Below, piece by piece: positions 23,139 through 24,000 of a stretch of DNA of 24,000 nucleotides. Numbering within the stretch: the stretch's first letter is position 1; each line of letters opens with the position of its first letter. Source of the stretch: Aquimonas sp. (GTDB taxonomy: Bacteria; Pseudomonadota; Gammaproteobacteria; Xanthomonadales; Xanthomonadaceae); contig NZ_JBILJQ010000029.1 in the NCBI RefSeq assembly GCF_044377145.1, positions 28,570 to 52,569 of the forward strand. Reading direction: 5' to 3'. A program made the position numbers and the translations under genes. The notes beneath the pieces were generated by a model, which was not told where the DNA came from, did not search any database, and saw only the letters and a program-made list of their open reading frames with translations.

Positions 23139-24000
23139 ATGTTTGAACGTGAGAAGCGTGGTGAACGTGCTCTGCTGATCCATCCGCAGGCGCCGGGCGT
23201 GAATGACCTCGACGCGCTGGAGGAGTTCGCCGAGCTGGCGCGTTCGGCCGGTGCCGAGGTGCTCGCCACCCTGAACGCGCGCGTCGACCGTCCCAACCCG
23301 GCGCTGTACATCGGCACCGGCAAGGCCGAGGAGGCGAAAGAACTTCGCACCCTGCACGACATCGACCTCGTGCTGGTCAACTGCACGCTGTCACCGGTGC
23401 AGGAGCGCAACCTCGAGCGCCAGCTCGAATGCCGGGTGGTCGATCGCACTGGCTTGATCCTCGATATCTTCAGCCAGCGCGCGCGCTCGTTCGAGGGCAA
23501 GCTGCAGGTCGAACTGGCCCAGCTGAAACACGTGGCAACGCGGCTGGTGCGTGGCTGGACTCATCTTGAGCGCCAGCGCGGTGGCTCGATCGGCCTGCGT
23601 GGCCCCGGCGAAACCCAGCTTGAAACCGATCGCCGGCTGCTGGCCGAGCGGGTCAAGATCCTGTCCAAACGGCTGGACCAGGCCGAGCGTCGGCAGGCGC
23701 AGTCGCGGCGCGCCCGCTTGCGCAACCAGATTCCGCGTGTCGCCCTGGTCGGATACACCAATGCCGGCAAGTCGACCCTGTTCAATGCGCTGACCGGTGC
23801 CGGCGCGTACATCGCCGACCAGCTGTTCGCGACGCTCGATCCGACGGTGCGAAAGCTGGCTGGCTTGGAGTGCGGTGAGCTGGTGTTGGCCGATACCGTT
23901 GGCTTTGTCAGCAACCTGCCGCATGAGCTGGTCGCCGCCTTCCGCTCGACGCTGTCGGAAGCGCGCGAAGCCGACCTGCTGCTGCACGTGATCGATGCCG
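23139..24000 (+). CDS. hflX: GTPase HflX, N-terminal 287 codons; continues past the right edge
   Basis: An open frame runs from ATG at 23139 to the window end. MFEREKRGERALLIH...GKLQVELAQLKHVATRLVRGWTHLERQRGG.IGLRGPGETQLETDRR...LVGYTNAGKSTLFNALT...DTVGF is collinear with E. coli HflX. It is absent from the ORF track because there is no stop in the window. Confidence 0.95.
   Translation, partial: MFEREKRGERALLIHPQAPGVNDLDALEEFAELARSAGAEVLATLNARVDRPNPALYIGTGKAEEAKELRTLHDIDLVLVNCTLSPVQERNLERQLECRVVDRTGLILDIFSQRARSFEGKLQVELAQLKHVATRLVRGWTHLERQRGGSIGLRGPGETQLETDRRLLAERVKILSKRLDQAERRQAQSRRARLRNQIPRVALVGYTNAGKSTLFNALTGAGAYIADQLFATLDPTVRKLAGLECGELVLADTVGFVSNLPHELVAAFRSTLSEAREADLLLHVIDA

Noticed and set aside
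1-24000. A search for CRISPR arrays, tRNA/rRNA genes, IS elements, integrases, toxin-antitoxin pairs or phage defence operons.
   Set aside because: I saw no regularly spaced repeats, cloverleaf-like sequences, transposase or recombinase motifs, or small paired ORFs. The YjgR HerA-like NTPase is a conserved stand-alone gene and is not part of a recognisable defence cassette here.

Overview
High-GC DNA (roughly two-thirds G+C by eye). Gene content and order look like a Xanthomonadales/Lysobacterales-type gammaproteobacterial chromosome: nadD-rsfS-rlmH, miaA-hfq-hflX, metG and a YkgO-type L36. About 25 protein genes are supported, tightly packed and mostly housekeeping. I found no rRNA, tRNA, CRISPR array, IS element or integrase. 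Part of the window looks accessory. At 375..5900 (minus strand) lies a complete bacterial Hen1-Pnkp RNA repair / 3'-terminal 2'-O-methylation cassette, with the two genes overlapping in ATGA. It is followed 33 nt later by a GNAT acetyltransferase. It is preceded by an orphan secreted protein with an acidic N-terminal half and a basic, four-cysteine C-terminal half. That four-gene neighbourhood is the best candidate for something new, but Hen1-Pnkp itself is already described. The second point of interest is a five-gene, translationally coupled minus-strand operon at 13923..18078: small secreted protein, agmatine deiminase, N-carbamoylputrescine amidase, membrane TraB/GumN-family protein, DUF938 methyltransferase. 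It ties putrescine synthesis to two families of unknown function. Most long ORFs antisense to these genes in the ORF track are high-GC shadow ORFs. Several ORF-track entries carry spurious N-terminal extensions, which I trimmed using signal peptides, Shine-Dalgarno sequences and family N-termini. All functional calls rest on motifs I recognised by eye and recalled family sequences; no database search was run.
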